From an uncultured Spirochaetota bacterium (GTDB taxonomy: Bacteria > Spirochaetota > Spirochaetia > DSM-27196 > DATKUC01): DNA of 64,000 nt. A program made the position numbers and the translations under genes. Below are positions 51,172 through 60,830 of this stretch, in pieces. The notes beneath the pieces are model-generated. The model did not search any database. It was not told the DNA's origin and was given only the letters and a program-made list of their open reading frames with translations. The DNA is taken from contig CAWHUY010000023.1 in assembly GCA_963832675.1 (NCBI GenBank), positions 99,289 through 163,288 of the forward strand, read 5' to 3'. Positions within the stretch are counted from its first letter, which is position 1. The number at the start of each line of letters is the position of its first letter.

Positions 51172-51537
51172 TTAAAAGATCAGGATTTCGTACCCATCGT
51201 CAACGTAGCGGGAAACCGACGGATGGCCCTTCATCTCGGTTCCAAACGGAAGTCCCTGTCGCTCGACTTCGGCGATGACCCCCATATTACTCGAACAGGC
51301 TCGGCACACGCAATCAACCAGACCGCGGTCCTTCACCTCCTCGTACAGACGGTGCAGCGTCTGCGCTTCAGCGTCATCTCCAGGGTCCCGGGCGAGCAAT
51401 TCGATCAGTTTGGTCGCACTCCCCTCGATAACCACAGCCACGTCGTGCCCCTTCTCGCGCAGATCAAGACCGTTCAAAAGCACGTGCATGAAACAGGTAG
51501 GCTCTCCATTGAAGGCAAAGAGTGCGATCTTCTTCAC
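51172..51537 (-). CDS. DsrE/DsrF-like family protein
   Basis: 121 aa. MKKIALFAFNGEP...C...-type fold resembling DsrE/YchN sulfur-relay-like proteins. Confidence 0.6.
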   Translation of the reverse strand: MKKIALFAFNGEPTCFMHVLLNGLDLREKGHDVAVVIEGSATKLIELLARDPGDDAEAQTLHRLYEEVKDRGLVDCVCRACSSNMGVIAEVERQGLPFGTEMKGHPSVSRYVDDGYEILIF

Positions 51538-51669
51538 GGATGGCTCCTTTCTGCCATTATAATCCCGTCTGACGGTGCCCGCAACGAGAATTCACGTCGT
51601 CGGAGTCCGCGGCCGCCTGTTTTCGACTCTTCTTCCCACCGGATAACATTTGTGGTATAAACTCGGCGT

Positions 51670-52272
51670 ATGCAGATTGTATGCCTCGATCTCGAAGGAG
51701 TGCTCACCCCGGAGGTGTGGCTCGCCGTTGCGGAACGCACCGGCGTGGCCGAGCTTCGACTTACCACCCGGGACATCTCCGACTACGACCTCCTCATGAA
51801 GAAGCGGATCGCAATCCTCGCCGAGCGAGGAATTACTCTGTCGCAGATCCAAAAGGTCATCGATTCGGTGGAGCCGCTCGAGGGCGCGCTCGACTTTCTC
51901 GAGTTTCTCCGTCGGCGGACGCAGGTGGTTATCCTCTCTGATACGTTTCGGCAGTTTGCGACGCCGCTTATGCGGAAGCTTCGATGGCCGACCCTTTTCT
52001 GCAACGACCTGGTCACAGACGCAAAGGACAGAATCGTCGACTACCGGCTGCGCCAATCCGAGGGAAAAAGGAACGCCGTTCGTGCTTTCAAAACACTCGG
52101 CTTTCAGGTGATCGCTTCCGGCGACTCCTACAACGATCTGGGGATGCTCAACGAAGCGGATCACGGTGTCCTTTTCAGGCCGCCGGAGACCATAAGAAAC
52201 GAGTACGAATGTTTTCCCTCGTTCAACGATTACTCGGAGTTCACGGGGTTCCTGGAGCGCATCCTGGAGTAG
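51670..52272 (+). CDS. thrH: Phosphoserine phosphatase / homoserine phosphotransferase ThrH (HAD family)
   Basis: MQIVCLDLEGVLTPEVW...TTRDISDYDLLMKKR...VVILSDTF...GDSYNDLGML. Clear colinear similarity to Pseudomonas ThrH. Extended -10 TGGTATAAA at 51648-51656 close to the ATG. Confidence 0.85.
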   Translation: MQIVCLDLEGVLTPEVWLAVAERTGVAELRLTTRDISDYDLLMKKRIAILAERGITLSQIQKVIDSVEPLEGALDFLEFLRRRTQVVILSDTFRQFATPLMRKLRWPTLFCNDLVTDAKDRIVDYRLRQSEGKRNAVRAFKTLGFQVIASGDSYNDLGMLNEADHGVLFRPPETIRNEYECFPSFNDYSEFTGFLERILE

Positions 52273-52275
52273 GAG

Positions 52276-53112
52276 ATGAATTCGAAAGATTCCGACCTAT
52301 TCGAGTATCTGCCTGTGGCATGCTTTCTCCTCGACAGATCGGGAACCACTCTACGGGTGAATCGCATCGGTGCCGATCTCTTGAGGGCCGAACCGGTTCA
52401 AATCGTCGGAAAACCCTTTCTCTCATTTGTTCCTCAGGAGTTTCACGTCGTCTTTCTCGACCATATCGAGCGTACCATTGAAACGTGCGCACTGCACAAC
52501 GCCTGGATCAGAATCCGAGACCGGCAGGCAACCGAGCGATGGTATGAGCTGCGAAGCGCGCCGCTCGATGATGAAGGTACGAAATTCAAACTTGTTACTG
52601 TCGTAGTCGACTCCCCGGACCGCAACGATTCGACCGCGTTTTCGGTGAAAGCAGGTGCAGCTGCGCCTGAGTCGAATGACTCTGTGACGCCGATCAGGAG
52701 CGGGTCGGAGCTAAACGGACCGACAGGGGATATTCTCATCGTCGAAGACAACGCGGTAAACGTTCTCGTCCTGCAGTTGATTCTGAAGAAGGCGGGACAC
52801 CATGTGCATGTGGTGTCAAACGGACGCGACGCGTTATCCTACCTCTCGACTACCCGGTGCGATCTGGTCCTCATGGATATCGAGGTGCCGAAACTGGACG
52901 GACTCGAGACGACGCGTCTCATCCGAGACGGTTCTGAAGCGCTCGATGCGCGGGTACCGATCATCGCAATGACGGCACATTCTGAACCCGGTGACCGGGA
53001 ACGGTTCGCGTCGGCGGGAATGGATGACTACATCGCGAAACCGTTCAAGACCGAAACGGTGCTTGGCGTGGTTTCGTCCGCGCTGTTGAGATCCCGTCTG
53101 CCGGATCGCTGA
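52276..53112 (+). CDS. PAS domain-containing response regulator (PAS-REC)
   Basis: N-terminal PAS fold and C-terminal receiver with DNAVN...D...MDIEVPKLDG...K motifs. Confidence 0.8.
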   Translation: MNSKDSDLFEYLPVACFLLDRSGTTLRVNRIGADLLRAEPVQIVGKPFLSFVPQEFHVVFLDHIERTIETCALHNAWIRIRDRQATERWYELRSAPLDDEGTKFKLVTVVVDSPDRNDSTAFSVKAGAAAPESNDSVTPIRSGSELNGPTGDILIVEDNAVNVLVLQLILKKAGHHVHVVSNGRDALSYLSTTRCDLVLMDIEVPKLDGLETTRLIRDGSEALDARVPIIAMTAHSEPGDRERFASAGMDDYIAKPFKTETVLGVVSSALLRSRLPDR

Positions 53113-53121
53113 CCCGAAAGG

Positions 53122-53740
53122 TCATCCGGCGCGCCCTCCTCCGGCGAGAATATCCGCAAGGATCTCCCGCGTTATCGCATAGAGCGGCGGAACTCCCTCC
53201 TCGGCCCGCAACCGATCCGAAAGCCCGAAATTGGTTCTGAGCGGCAGATCGGAAACGTAGTAGTAGCAGCGAACCCTGGTGTCCGCGGGAATGATGCCGA
53301 GCGCTTCCGACTCCATCACCTGCCGGTAGTAGTAGGCGCCCTCCATTTCAATGCCCACGCAATTCCAAAGCCTGCGGTAAAAATGCAGCATCGTTCGATT
53401 CTGCATGAGCGTCCCCTCCGCGGTGAGCATCGCACCCTGATGGACATCCCGGTTGGTCGTCCGCCGGAGGCGTTCGACCGCAGCTTCGTCGGGAGCGGGA
53501 AGGGGTTGATACATGTCGGTGCTCTGTTCGATGAACGCCGTCGGGGCAAGGATGTCGCCGCGGGTGCCGAGAAGTGCACCTGCTTTGCCGAGAAAACTCA
53601 CGCTTTTGACGTTCGGCCCGTAGAGCAAGCAGAAGGTTGCGAATGATATGTTCTGCCTGTTCCCCAAACGCGTAGTCGATATTCACAATGAGCCTGCGGA
53701 CATCGTCGGAAACCTTCCCAATCCCGGGATCAATCGGCAT
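53122..53740 (-). other. PNP_UDP_1 (nucleoside phosphorylase/nucleosidase)-like domain fragments
   Basis: ...LIVNIDYAFGEQ... and ...VGIEMEGAYYY... resemble the phosphorylase-superfamily core (EMEgAA motif). Split across two frames. Confidence 0.4.
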
Positions 53741-54891
53741 TCCTGCCAGTTTGGCGGTATCGATGAGCTGAACCTGAATCCCGGTCGACGCGGTCTCCTC
53801 GAGACGGAAGATACCCCGGGAACGGCCGACGGTCTTGCTGGCAATTGCACGCGCAGGGTCATCACGAAGTAGTCGCGAACTACCGCGTACAGCGCGTCAG
53901 ATTCGTTGGTCCAAGGGCGTTCGAGAAGCGGATGTTTCCCCGCCTTCGCCCACTCGGAGAACCTCCTCGCGGTTGCTCGTGAACCACGGGTTCAGACAAT
54001 TCGAAACCGAGTGGGTATTGCTGCTGATGATGTGAACTTCTGTGTCGCGGGAAGATCGGCAGGGTCGCATCCTAGGTGCTCGCGGGTCGCGGCGGCGAGC
54101 TGCGAAGTCCAGAGTTCGGATCGGCGGCTGTTGTACTTGTTGGTATGGCGACGAACGTCGACGCTGAACATTTCCCGGTGGCGGGAAATGTCGGACAGCC
54201 GGTCGATGGTGTGCTTCGTTCCAGATCGACGTAAGCTCGCCTCTTTCGTCGATCGGAAAACGGAAGTCGCGCAAGAGTCTCCTCGACATTCGCGAGGCGA
54301 TCGCGCACGTCGGACAGGTTGGCGGCTTCGGTTGCGCCTCGTTCGACAACGGCGAGCGCCTCCGGCTGCTGCAGCCGGTGGCGAAGCTTCTGCGCCTCCA
54401 CCGAATAGAGGCAGAGACAGGTGACCAGGTCGATCAGATCGGAGAGCCCGTTGCGCATGAGCACGAGATTCTTACCCGGCAGCATCTCCCAGATATTCCT
54501 TCGTCTCGCTGCCGTCGTGCCAATCGAGGGAAAGTAGCGTTCGGGAGCGCTATAGGTTGGCGGCGCCTCGTCGGTCGCGTAAAACGCGAACGTGCGCGTG
54601 ACATTGTCAGGAAGGCGGCGTACCGCGTAGGCAACGCCTTCAGATCGAGATCCACTACCGATCCGACTCGCGGGTGCAGGGCGGGCTCGAGCTCACGATA
54701 GAAGGAAAGCAGCCGCTCGATGGAAATATTGCCCAGAATTGCGCCGCGCACCAGTTCAGTCCGAAATCGGTCAAACGGCGCGAAGATGCCCTGTTTGTCC
54801 CGGAGTATGATCCCGAATGCCTGCGTAAACGCTGGTGCGCCGGCGAAAAGACCGAGGAACTGCTCCTGCAGTCATCGCGAAGCAGTCGACT

Positions 54892-55119
54892 TCACTCGAT
54901 TGCGTGGATTTCGTAGACGCGCGGTTCTTCGAACAGCGGTTCCCATTCCCCGAAATAGTGCCCTGCCTCGATCAAGGTTCCCGTCGAATGTCCGGCGCGG
55001 CGGTCATACACATCGACCGTACCCGATCGCATGAGATAGACGGTCCGGTCGTTCGCGTCGCCCTGGTGCATGATCACTTCGCCGGGTGAAAAGTGCCGCG
55101 GGTCGAAGTTCCCGCGCAA
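54892..55119 (-). other. Cyclic nucleotide-binding (cNMP) domain fragment
   Basis: FSPGEVIMHQGDANDRTVYLMRSGTVDVYDRR...GHYFGEWEPLF matches the cNMP-binding beta-roll consensus (F.pGe.I..qGd..d..Y.i.sG.v.v..., FGE). Confidence 0.55.
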
Positions 55120-56375
55120 GCTGTCGTCCGTTTTTCCCGGGGCAGAAACCGGAAAGGTATTATCTGCTCGAGGAGAAGCTCGGGGTCGGCAGAGTACTCG
55201 ATTCGCGTTGGCGCGGTATCCGCCAGACCGTCATATGTCGTCGGGAGTGGGTCGCTGTTCATTTGGCGATTTCGTCCGAAGTTGTCACCATCGCCGCGAA
55301 GTCGCACGCCTGGGCAGAATCACCTGCGCAACCATGGTACTCAGTTTGCGGAGCGCAGTTTCGTAGTCGTCAAAGAGAGTGTAGCTGAACAGATTTTCCT
55401 CCACGGTTGTACCGGTTTCGTCTCGAAAATGCAGGATCGGGTGCTGGATGACGCCCCGAATCGTATCGAAATCGATGCCATTGCGCATCAGGAAGGTCGA
55501 GAAGGTCAGATCCGCGAGCGAAGCGGCGTGCAGGTCGGCGGTGAAGAGATACCCGAACCCATCGAGGATCTGCTCGAACGGACCTTTGGAGTAATGGAAT
55601 GCGCGACTCGGTGGGGTTTTCGGATTGGTCAGGCCGTTTTCGATCAGCGAGTCCCGGATCTGCTCTACCAGATCGTTGAAGAATGAGTATCCAAGCCCCA
55701 CGCGAAATATCATGACGGCGATATCGGTATCCCGACTGTTCTTGTGAAGCAGCGCGGGGATGTCATAGTTGACAATATAACTCTGCCCGACCCGCTTGAC
55801 CGACTGGCCGTTAATCACGGCGAGATCCTCCTCCGGGAACCCAAAGCGCGAACAGCTCTTCCGGGCCCAATTTGAGCCGGCGCAGCGCCTCGAAGGAACC
55901 GATAATGTCCGCTTCCGCGAACGGCAGCCGGAATGCCTGCGTAAACGCTTCCTTCATGTGTGGCGTAAACCGGTCTTTCCCGTACACGGCGAAATCCAGC
56001 TTCAGCGCGTAGTAGTGTTCGACTATGTGCTGTTCGGTAATGTATTCTCCGGGGACGTTCGCGAGATAGACCAGATTCATGTCCTGCTTGTATGCCGGAC
56101 AGTGCTCGATGACCTTCAGTACTGCGCTTTCAACGCGCACACCGTTCGTCTCCGGCCTGAGGTAGACGAAAATATCCTGTTGCCGCGGATCCCCGGTCGG
56201 GCCCGGATACGGGATCAGGACTTTCGGTAGTGCGCCATGCACGACTGCCATTGAACCAAATGTACCCGCATAACCAGCGTTTGTGCAATAACGCGTCTCC
56301 CGATTCATTGCGTTGGAGTAGAAAGTGCCGTAGACTCAAGGAAGAGATTCTGAACGCAGTCAGAGGCGAGTTCGC

Positions 56376-57503
56376 ATGAAGAAACGCATATTGTGCATCG
56401 ACGACGATCCGTTGATTCGCGATCTCTTTTCGGATCATCTGGGCAAGTCCGGATTCGCGGTGACTACGGCGGCAAATGGACAGGAGGGACTCGCGGCCTT
56501 CCGACGCGAACTACCCGACCTCGTTCTTTGCGATCTCCGGACGCCCGGAATGGACGGGCTGGAACTGGTAGGGGAGATTCATAAGCTCGACGCAGGTATT
56601 CCTATTGTCGTTGTTTCCGGGACGGTGGTGGTTCGCGATGCGGTAGCAGCGCTCGGCGGTGGTGCGTGGGATTTCGTGACAAAGCCTGTGCGCGACATGC
56701 AGGTGTTGACTCATACTGTTACTCGTGCGTTCGAGAGAGCAAAACTTGTTCGGGAAAACGACCGGTACAAAAGGCATCTCGAGGACGAAGTGGGCCGGAG
56801 AACCCAGGCGCTGCGAGTCGAGATCGCCGGTCGGCGAAAGGTTGAGGAACGGCTCGTCGCCTCACTCGATGAAAAGGAGGCGCTGCTGAAAGAGGTCCAC
56901 CACCGGGTAAAGAACAACCTCCAGGTCATTTCGAGTCTTCTTCGGCTGCAACAGCAGTATGTTTCAGAACCGGCATCGCTTCAGGCATTCACCGCCAGCC
57001 AGCAGCGGGTGCAGACCATCGCTTTGGTGCACGACCTGCTCTACCGTTCGACCGAAACAACGCGAATCAGCGCAGGAGAATATGTTCAGAGCCTGGTAGA
57101 ATTGCTGGCAGGGCGAGAGTCGGAGCCGCGGGAGGTCTCCTACCACCTCGATGTGGGCGATCTGGAACTGAAGATGTCGGTTGCGATTCCGTGCGGGCTC
57201 ATCCTGAACGAGCTCCTCACAAACGTGACACGCCACGCCTTCCCCGTGGGCGCGAAGTCCCCGGATTGCGGGAGGCGGTTTTCGGTTTCGCTTCACAGCG
57301 AAACTGACAGTCAAGGCGAGATAGTTGCGCGGCTGGTGGTGGCGGACAACGGAGTCGGCGTCCCGGCCGGATTCGACGTCTCCCAATCGAAAAACCTCGG
57401 CTTGCAGCTGGTCGCCACGCTGGTTGCCCAGCTCGGCGGTACAATCACCGCCGAACGGGCCGAACCGGGCACGCGCACTGAGGTGATTTTTCCGTTACCC
57501 TAG
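56376..57503 (+). CDS. Hybrid response-regulator receiver / HisKA_2 histidine kinase
   Basis: N-terminal REC (CIDDDPLIRDL...DLRTPGMDG...). Coiled coil, then H-box LKEVHHRVKNNLQVISSLLRLQ and HATPase_c. Confidence 0.85.
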   Translation: MKKRILCIDDDPLIRDLFSDHLGKSGFAVTTAANGQEGLAAFRRELPDLVLCDLRTPGMDGLELVGEIHKLDAGIPIVVVSGTVVVRDAVAALGGGAWDFVTKPVRDMQVLTHTVTRAFERAKLVRENDRYKRHLEDEVGRRTQALRVEIAGRRKVEERLVASLDEKEALLKEVHHRVKNNLQVISSLLRLQQQYVSEPASLQAFTASQQRVQTIALVHDLLYRSTETTRISAGEYVQSLVELLAGRESEPREVSYHLDVGDLELKMSVAIPCGLILNELLTNVTRHAFPVGAKSPDCGRRFSVSLHSETDSQGEIVARLVVADNGVGVPAGFDVSQSKNLGLQLVATLVAQLGGTITAERAEPGTRTEVIFPLP

Positions 57504-59231
57504 CACCCGATCCAGGTCGATCTCGCCCCCGCTCGCGGGCATTTGGATGCCCCAGCGCTCCAGCAGCGCAGGGTGAAGCTCACCGAATATCCCAACATCG
57601 ACGCCGTTGCAGCTAATCCGTGCCGCCCGCCCCGAAATAAACCGCGGATCATCGGCTGCGGACAGGCTGTACTCGCGGAATAGAAAGTAGAAGAGAGCCG
57701 CAACCTGCGCGCTGAGCGTATTGAAACCGGCACCTGCGTCGGCAGACAGCAATCCGAGACTATTTATCGTACGCGTTCCGCTGTTGTCATCCGGATCCAG
57801 CACGGCAATCTTTCCGACTTCGAATATGTTGTGCGGATAGGGCGCGCTTCCCGATGCGCCTTCGGAAGCAAGCAGATTCGGTATGATGGAGTTGCGCACA
57901 AACTCGAATCCTTCCGACATGGGATTGGAAATCTGGACGACCTGATTCCGCCGGATATACTGCCGGTTGAGCCTGACATCCGGGTCGTCCGGATACATCC
58001 GATCGATCAGATCACGTCCTGAGGAAAGGTAGTTGAACATCATCTCCTGATAGCCCAGCCCCACAAGAATGCTCTTCGCCTTGCGGGAAAAAGTCTCGGT
58101 GCGGGACAGTCGCCCGACCGTGAAGTCGGTCAGCATCGCAGGACTGAAGGTGTTCATTCCGCGTCCTATCATGATGTCCTCGACAACATCCACCGGGTGA
58201 AGGAAATCGTTGCGGTACGGAGGAGGCAGCACTTCGAGGCTACCGCCGCCGGCGTTCGCACCGCATCCCATCCGCCTGACGGAAGCAGCCACTTCGACCA
58301 TCGTCAGCTCCTCTCCCAGCATCTTGTTGGCAAAACTCACATCAAGCCGTACCGGAGACTGGAAATAGTAGGGAGTGACGACACTGCGCCCGAACGGGGT
58401 ATCGTAGGGGTACTCGATCTTGACCGGGAGGATGGTAAATCCGGCGTCTGCAAGATCGCAGGCGACGATTGAGGCCGAGAGGACAAGCGAGGGCATGTCG
58501 GTCCCGGTCAATTCGACAAAGAGGCTTGAGTCCCCCACTTCTACCGCGCCGATCCGGGCGCTATTGATGACCGGCGGGAAGCTCAGCACATCGTCCGCCG
58601 CATCTGCGAGAAACGGCATCCGAGGAAAGTCAGCCACAATCCCCCCGAACTCCTGGCCCTTCGGATGTTCCGCAATGATTTCCCGGAGGGTCAACGATTT
58701 TTCCATTCCGAGCGGGACGAATCGAGTGGAATCCGGATCCGCCGCCCGGTAGTGCACCGGGTACTGGATGAGCTGCGCCCGGTATACTCCCATCGCAATC
58801 GACTTTCGCTTCCGGCCGTAGTTCCAACACAGTTTCTCCTGGGTCTGGATAAGGTCGTTCAGCGTGTCGTCGTCAATCGCTTTCCCGGTTACCTCGAACG
58901 CTACAATGAAGGGCCTCAGATCGCGCAGCTTCGGATCCACGACTACCGCACGCTTTCCGGGTTCCTGCATCTCCCCTTTCCGGGAGAAGAACGAATAGGT
59001 GGGAGAAGAGCCCCCGAGATAGAGCCTGAGCTGCCGACCGAGCCCGGCAGTCGACCAAAGATCCGGCCGATTTGTATCATTCAACTCAATTTTGAGTGCG
59101 CCGGTCTCTTCGTCCCGGCCATCCAGCTCCGCCTTCGCACAGACAAGTAGCTCTTCCAGCTCCGTAGTCCCGGTCAGTTTCTTTCCGGCGTACCGGTACA
59201 GAGTGCCTTCCTGAACGTCGATCTTGGGCAT
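57495..59231 (-). CDS. pheT: Phenylalanine--tRNA ligase beta subunit, archaeal/eukaryal type
   Basis: 578 aa with B3/B4 and B5 domains. Length and organisation match archaeal-type PheT rather than the roughly 800-aa bacterial type. Directly downstream of pheS. Confidence 0.85.
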   Translation of the reverse strand: MPKIDVQEGTLYRYAGKKLTGTTELEELLVCAKAELDGRDEETGALKIELNDTNRPDLWSTAGLGRQLRLYLGGSSPTYSFFSRKGEMQEPGKRAVVVDPKLRDLRPFIVAFEVTGKAIDDDTLNDLIQTQEKLCWNYGRKRKSIAMGVYRAQLIQYPVHYRAADPDSTRFVPLGMEKSLTLREIIAEHPKGQEFGGIVADFPRMPFLADAADDVLSFPPVINSARIGAVEVGDSSLFVELTGTDMPSLVLSASIVACDLADAGFTILPVKIEYPYDTPFGRSVVTPYYFQSPVRLDVSFANKMLGEELTMVEVAASVRRMGCGANAGGGSLEVLPPPYRNDFLHPVDVVEDIMIGRGMNTFSPAMLTDFTVGRLSRTETFSRKAKSILVGLGYQEMMFNYLSSGRDLIDRMYPDDPDVRLNRQYIRRNQVVQISNPMSEGFEFVRNSIIPNLLASEGASGSAPYPHNIFEVGKIAVLDPDDNSGTRTINSLGLLSADAGAGFNTLSAQVAALFYFLFREYSLSAADDPRFISGRAARISCNGVDVGIFGELHPALLERWGIQMPASGGEIDLDRVLG

Positions 59232-59234
59232 CTG

Positions 59235-60818
59235 TTACTTCCTCCTCCGCAGTCGCACGCTTTCGATGTCCTGACTGAACAGTTCCCGCAGATCGTCGAG
59301 TCCCAGATGCATCAGCGCCATCCTGTCGATGCCGAGTCCCCATGCAAGAACAGGCACTTTGATGCCAAGCGGCTCGGTAACTTCCGGACGAAATATCCCG
59401 GAGCCGCCGAGTTCGAACCAGCCGAGCACGGGGTGCTTGATGTGCACTTCCACCGAAGGTTCAGTGAAGGGAAAGTAACCGGGAACATACTTCACCTCCG
59501 TCGCCCCGGCGAGTTCTTCGGCAAACATCTTGAGGAGTCCGAGCAACGTTCGAAGATTCACGTCTTCGCCCAAAACGATTCCTTCGGTCTGATAGAAATC
59601 TGAAAGATGAGTTGCATCCACTTTATCGTACCGGAAACACCGGACAACGCCGAAGTAGCGACCGGGCACGTTGGCATGAGGAAGCGTTTTCGCAGAGAGA
59701 ACCGTGCCCTGGCTGCGTAGTATTTGACGCCGCGTAAAATCACGGTCAAACGCATAATTCCATCCGGTGCTGCCCGTCTTCCATCCGTTCTCATGAGTCT
59801 GCGCGACCTGGCTAAGGTACGGCTCCTCGATAGCCTTTGCGTGGTCGGGATTCTTGATGTAATAGACGTCGTGAATGTCGCGCGCCGAATGGAACTGCGG
59901 CATGAACAGCGCATCACTGTTCCAGAATTCGGTTTCGACAAGCGGCCCGTCGAACTCTTCGAATCCGAGTGTAGTGAGCTTGTCCTTCACCTGATCCAGA
60001 TACTCGCTGTACGCATTTCGTCGACCGGGAATAAGTCGTCCGGGCGGGAACTGTATGTTGTAAGCGCGAAAAGCGCCACTCTTCCAGGAGCCATCCTTGA
60101 GCATCTCCGGCGTCAGCGACCCGATCTCGTCGCCGGTCATCCCCGCACGCACAAGCGCCTCTTTCAGCTGCTTCCCGTCATCGGTCAACCGATAGGTGAC
60201 GTCTTCGCGTTCGGCGACCCGAAATGCGCTGTTGGCCGCGCCGCGTTTTTTGCTGATGCCCGCCATCGCGGCTCTTTCGCTTTCGCTCAGTTCCCGATCG
60301 TCAATCGTCTCCGACTGGCCGGTTCGATCGAGCAGGCTCCGAACGAGCTCAATCCCAGCAGACTTCGTCGCGACGCCGGGAACCACTCGCTTCTCTTCGT
60401 CCATCGCGAGCAGCCCCTCCCGGGAAAGTGCGCCGTATGCCGACCCGGCCTCCTTGTTGTCGAGGCCGAGTGCGGCAGCGAGCTCCGGAAGACGAGCAGG
60501 CCCTTTCTGCCGCACCTGACCGACAATCCGCTCCTCGGGTGTCCCACCGGAACGATAACCGCGGCCCATTTCGGTGAGCTCATAGACCACGCGCTGTTCG
60601 CGCGAATGTTCGGCCACGCACTCCTTTGCCGTCAGCCAGCTCAAGGCCTGATTGCACTGTCCGAGATTGAATCCAAGGGATTCGATCATCTCCTTCGTGG
60701 TGATCAGATCTCCTGGTGAAAAATGACGCAGGACCCGCACCTCGAGCGGGTGCAGAGTCTTCAGAATTGCCTCAACACTCATGTTAGATGACTCCTGGTT
60801 CCGGAGCGCGAGCTCCAT
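59235..60818 (-). CDS. pheS: Phenylalanine--tRNA ligase alpha subunit, archaeal/eukaryal type
   Basis: Class II aaRS motifs (...FRYDKVDATH..., ...GWFELGGSGIFRPEV..., GLGIDRMAL) with a long N-terminal wHTH extension. 527 aa. Confidence 0.9.
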   Translation of the reverse strand: MELALRNQESSNMSVEAILKTLHPLEVRVLRHFSPGDLITTKEMIESLGFNLGQCNQALSWLTAKECVAEHSREQRVVYELTEMGRGYRSGGTPEERIVGQVRQKGPARLPELAAALGLDNKEAGSAYGALSREGLLAMDEEKRVVPGVATKSAGIELVRSLLDRTGQSETIDDRELSESERAAMAGISKKRGAANSAFRVAEREDVTYRLTDDGKQLKEALVRAGMTGDEIGSLTPEMLKDGSWKSGAFRAYNIQFPPGRLIPGRRNAYSEYLDQVKDKLTTLGFEEFDGPLVETEFWNSDALFMPQFHSARDIHDVYYIKNPDHAKAIEEPYLSQVAQTHENGWKTGSTGWNYAFDRDFTRRQILRSQGTVLSAKTLPHANVPGRYFGVVRCFRYDKVDATHLSDFYQTEGIVLGEDVNLRTLLGLLKMFAEELAGATEVKYVPGYFPFTEPSVEVHIKHPVLGWFELGGSGIFRPEVTEPLGIKVPVLAWGLGIDRMALMHLGLDDLRELFSQDIESVRLRRRK

Positions 60819-60830
60819 CGCGTAGGCCTT

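Larger units (their letters stand above)
53122..56308 (-). pseudogene. About 3.2 kb with no intact ORF, holding multiply frameshifted minus-strand fragments (cNMP-binding and PNP/nucleosidase-like remnants)
   Basis: At least seven overlapping minus-strand ORFs in different frames: 55811-56308, 55285-55818, 54892-55119, 54434-54751, 54072-54485, 53897-54349 and 53122-53740. Plus-strand ORFs are Arg-rich nonsense. Confidence 0.45.
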
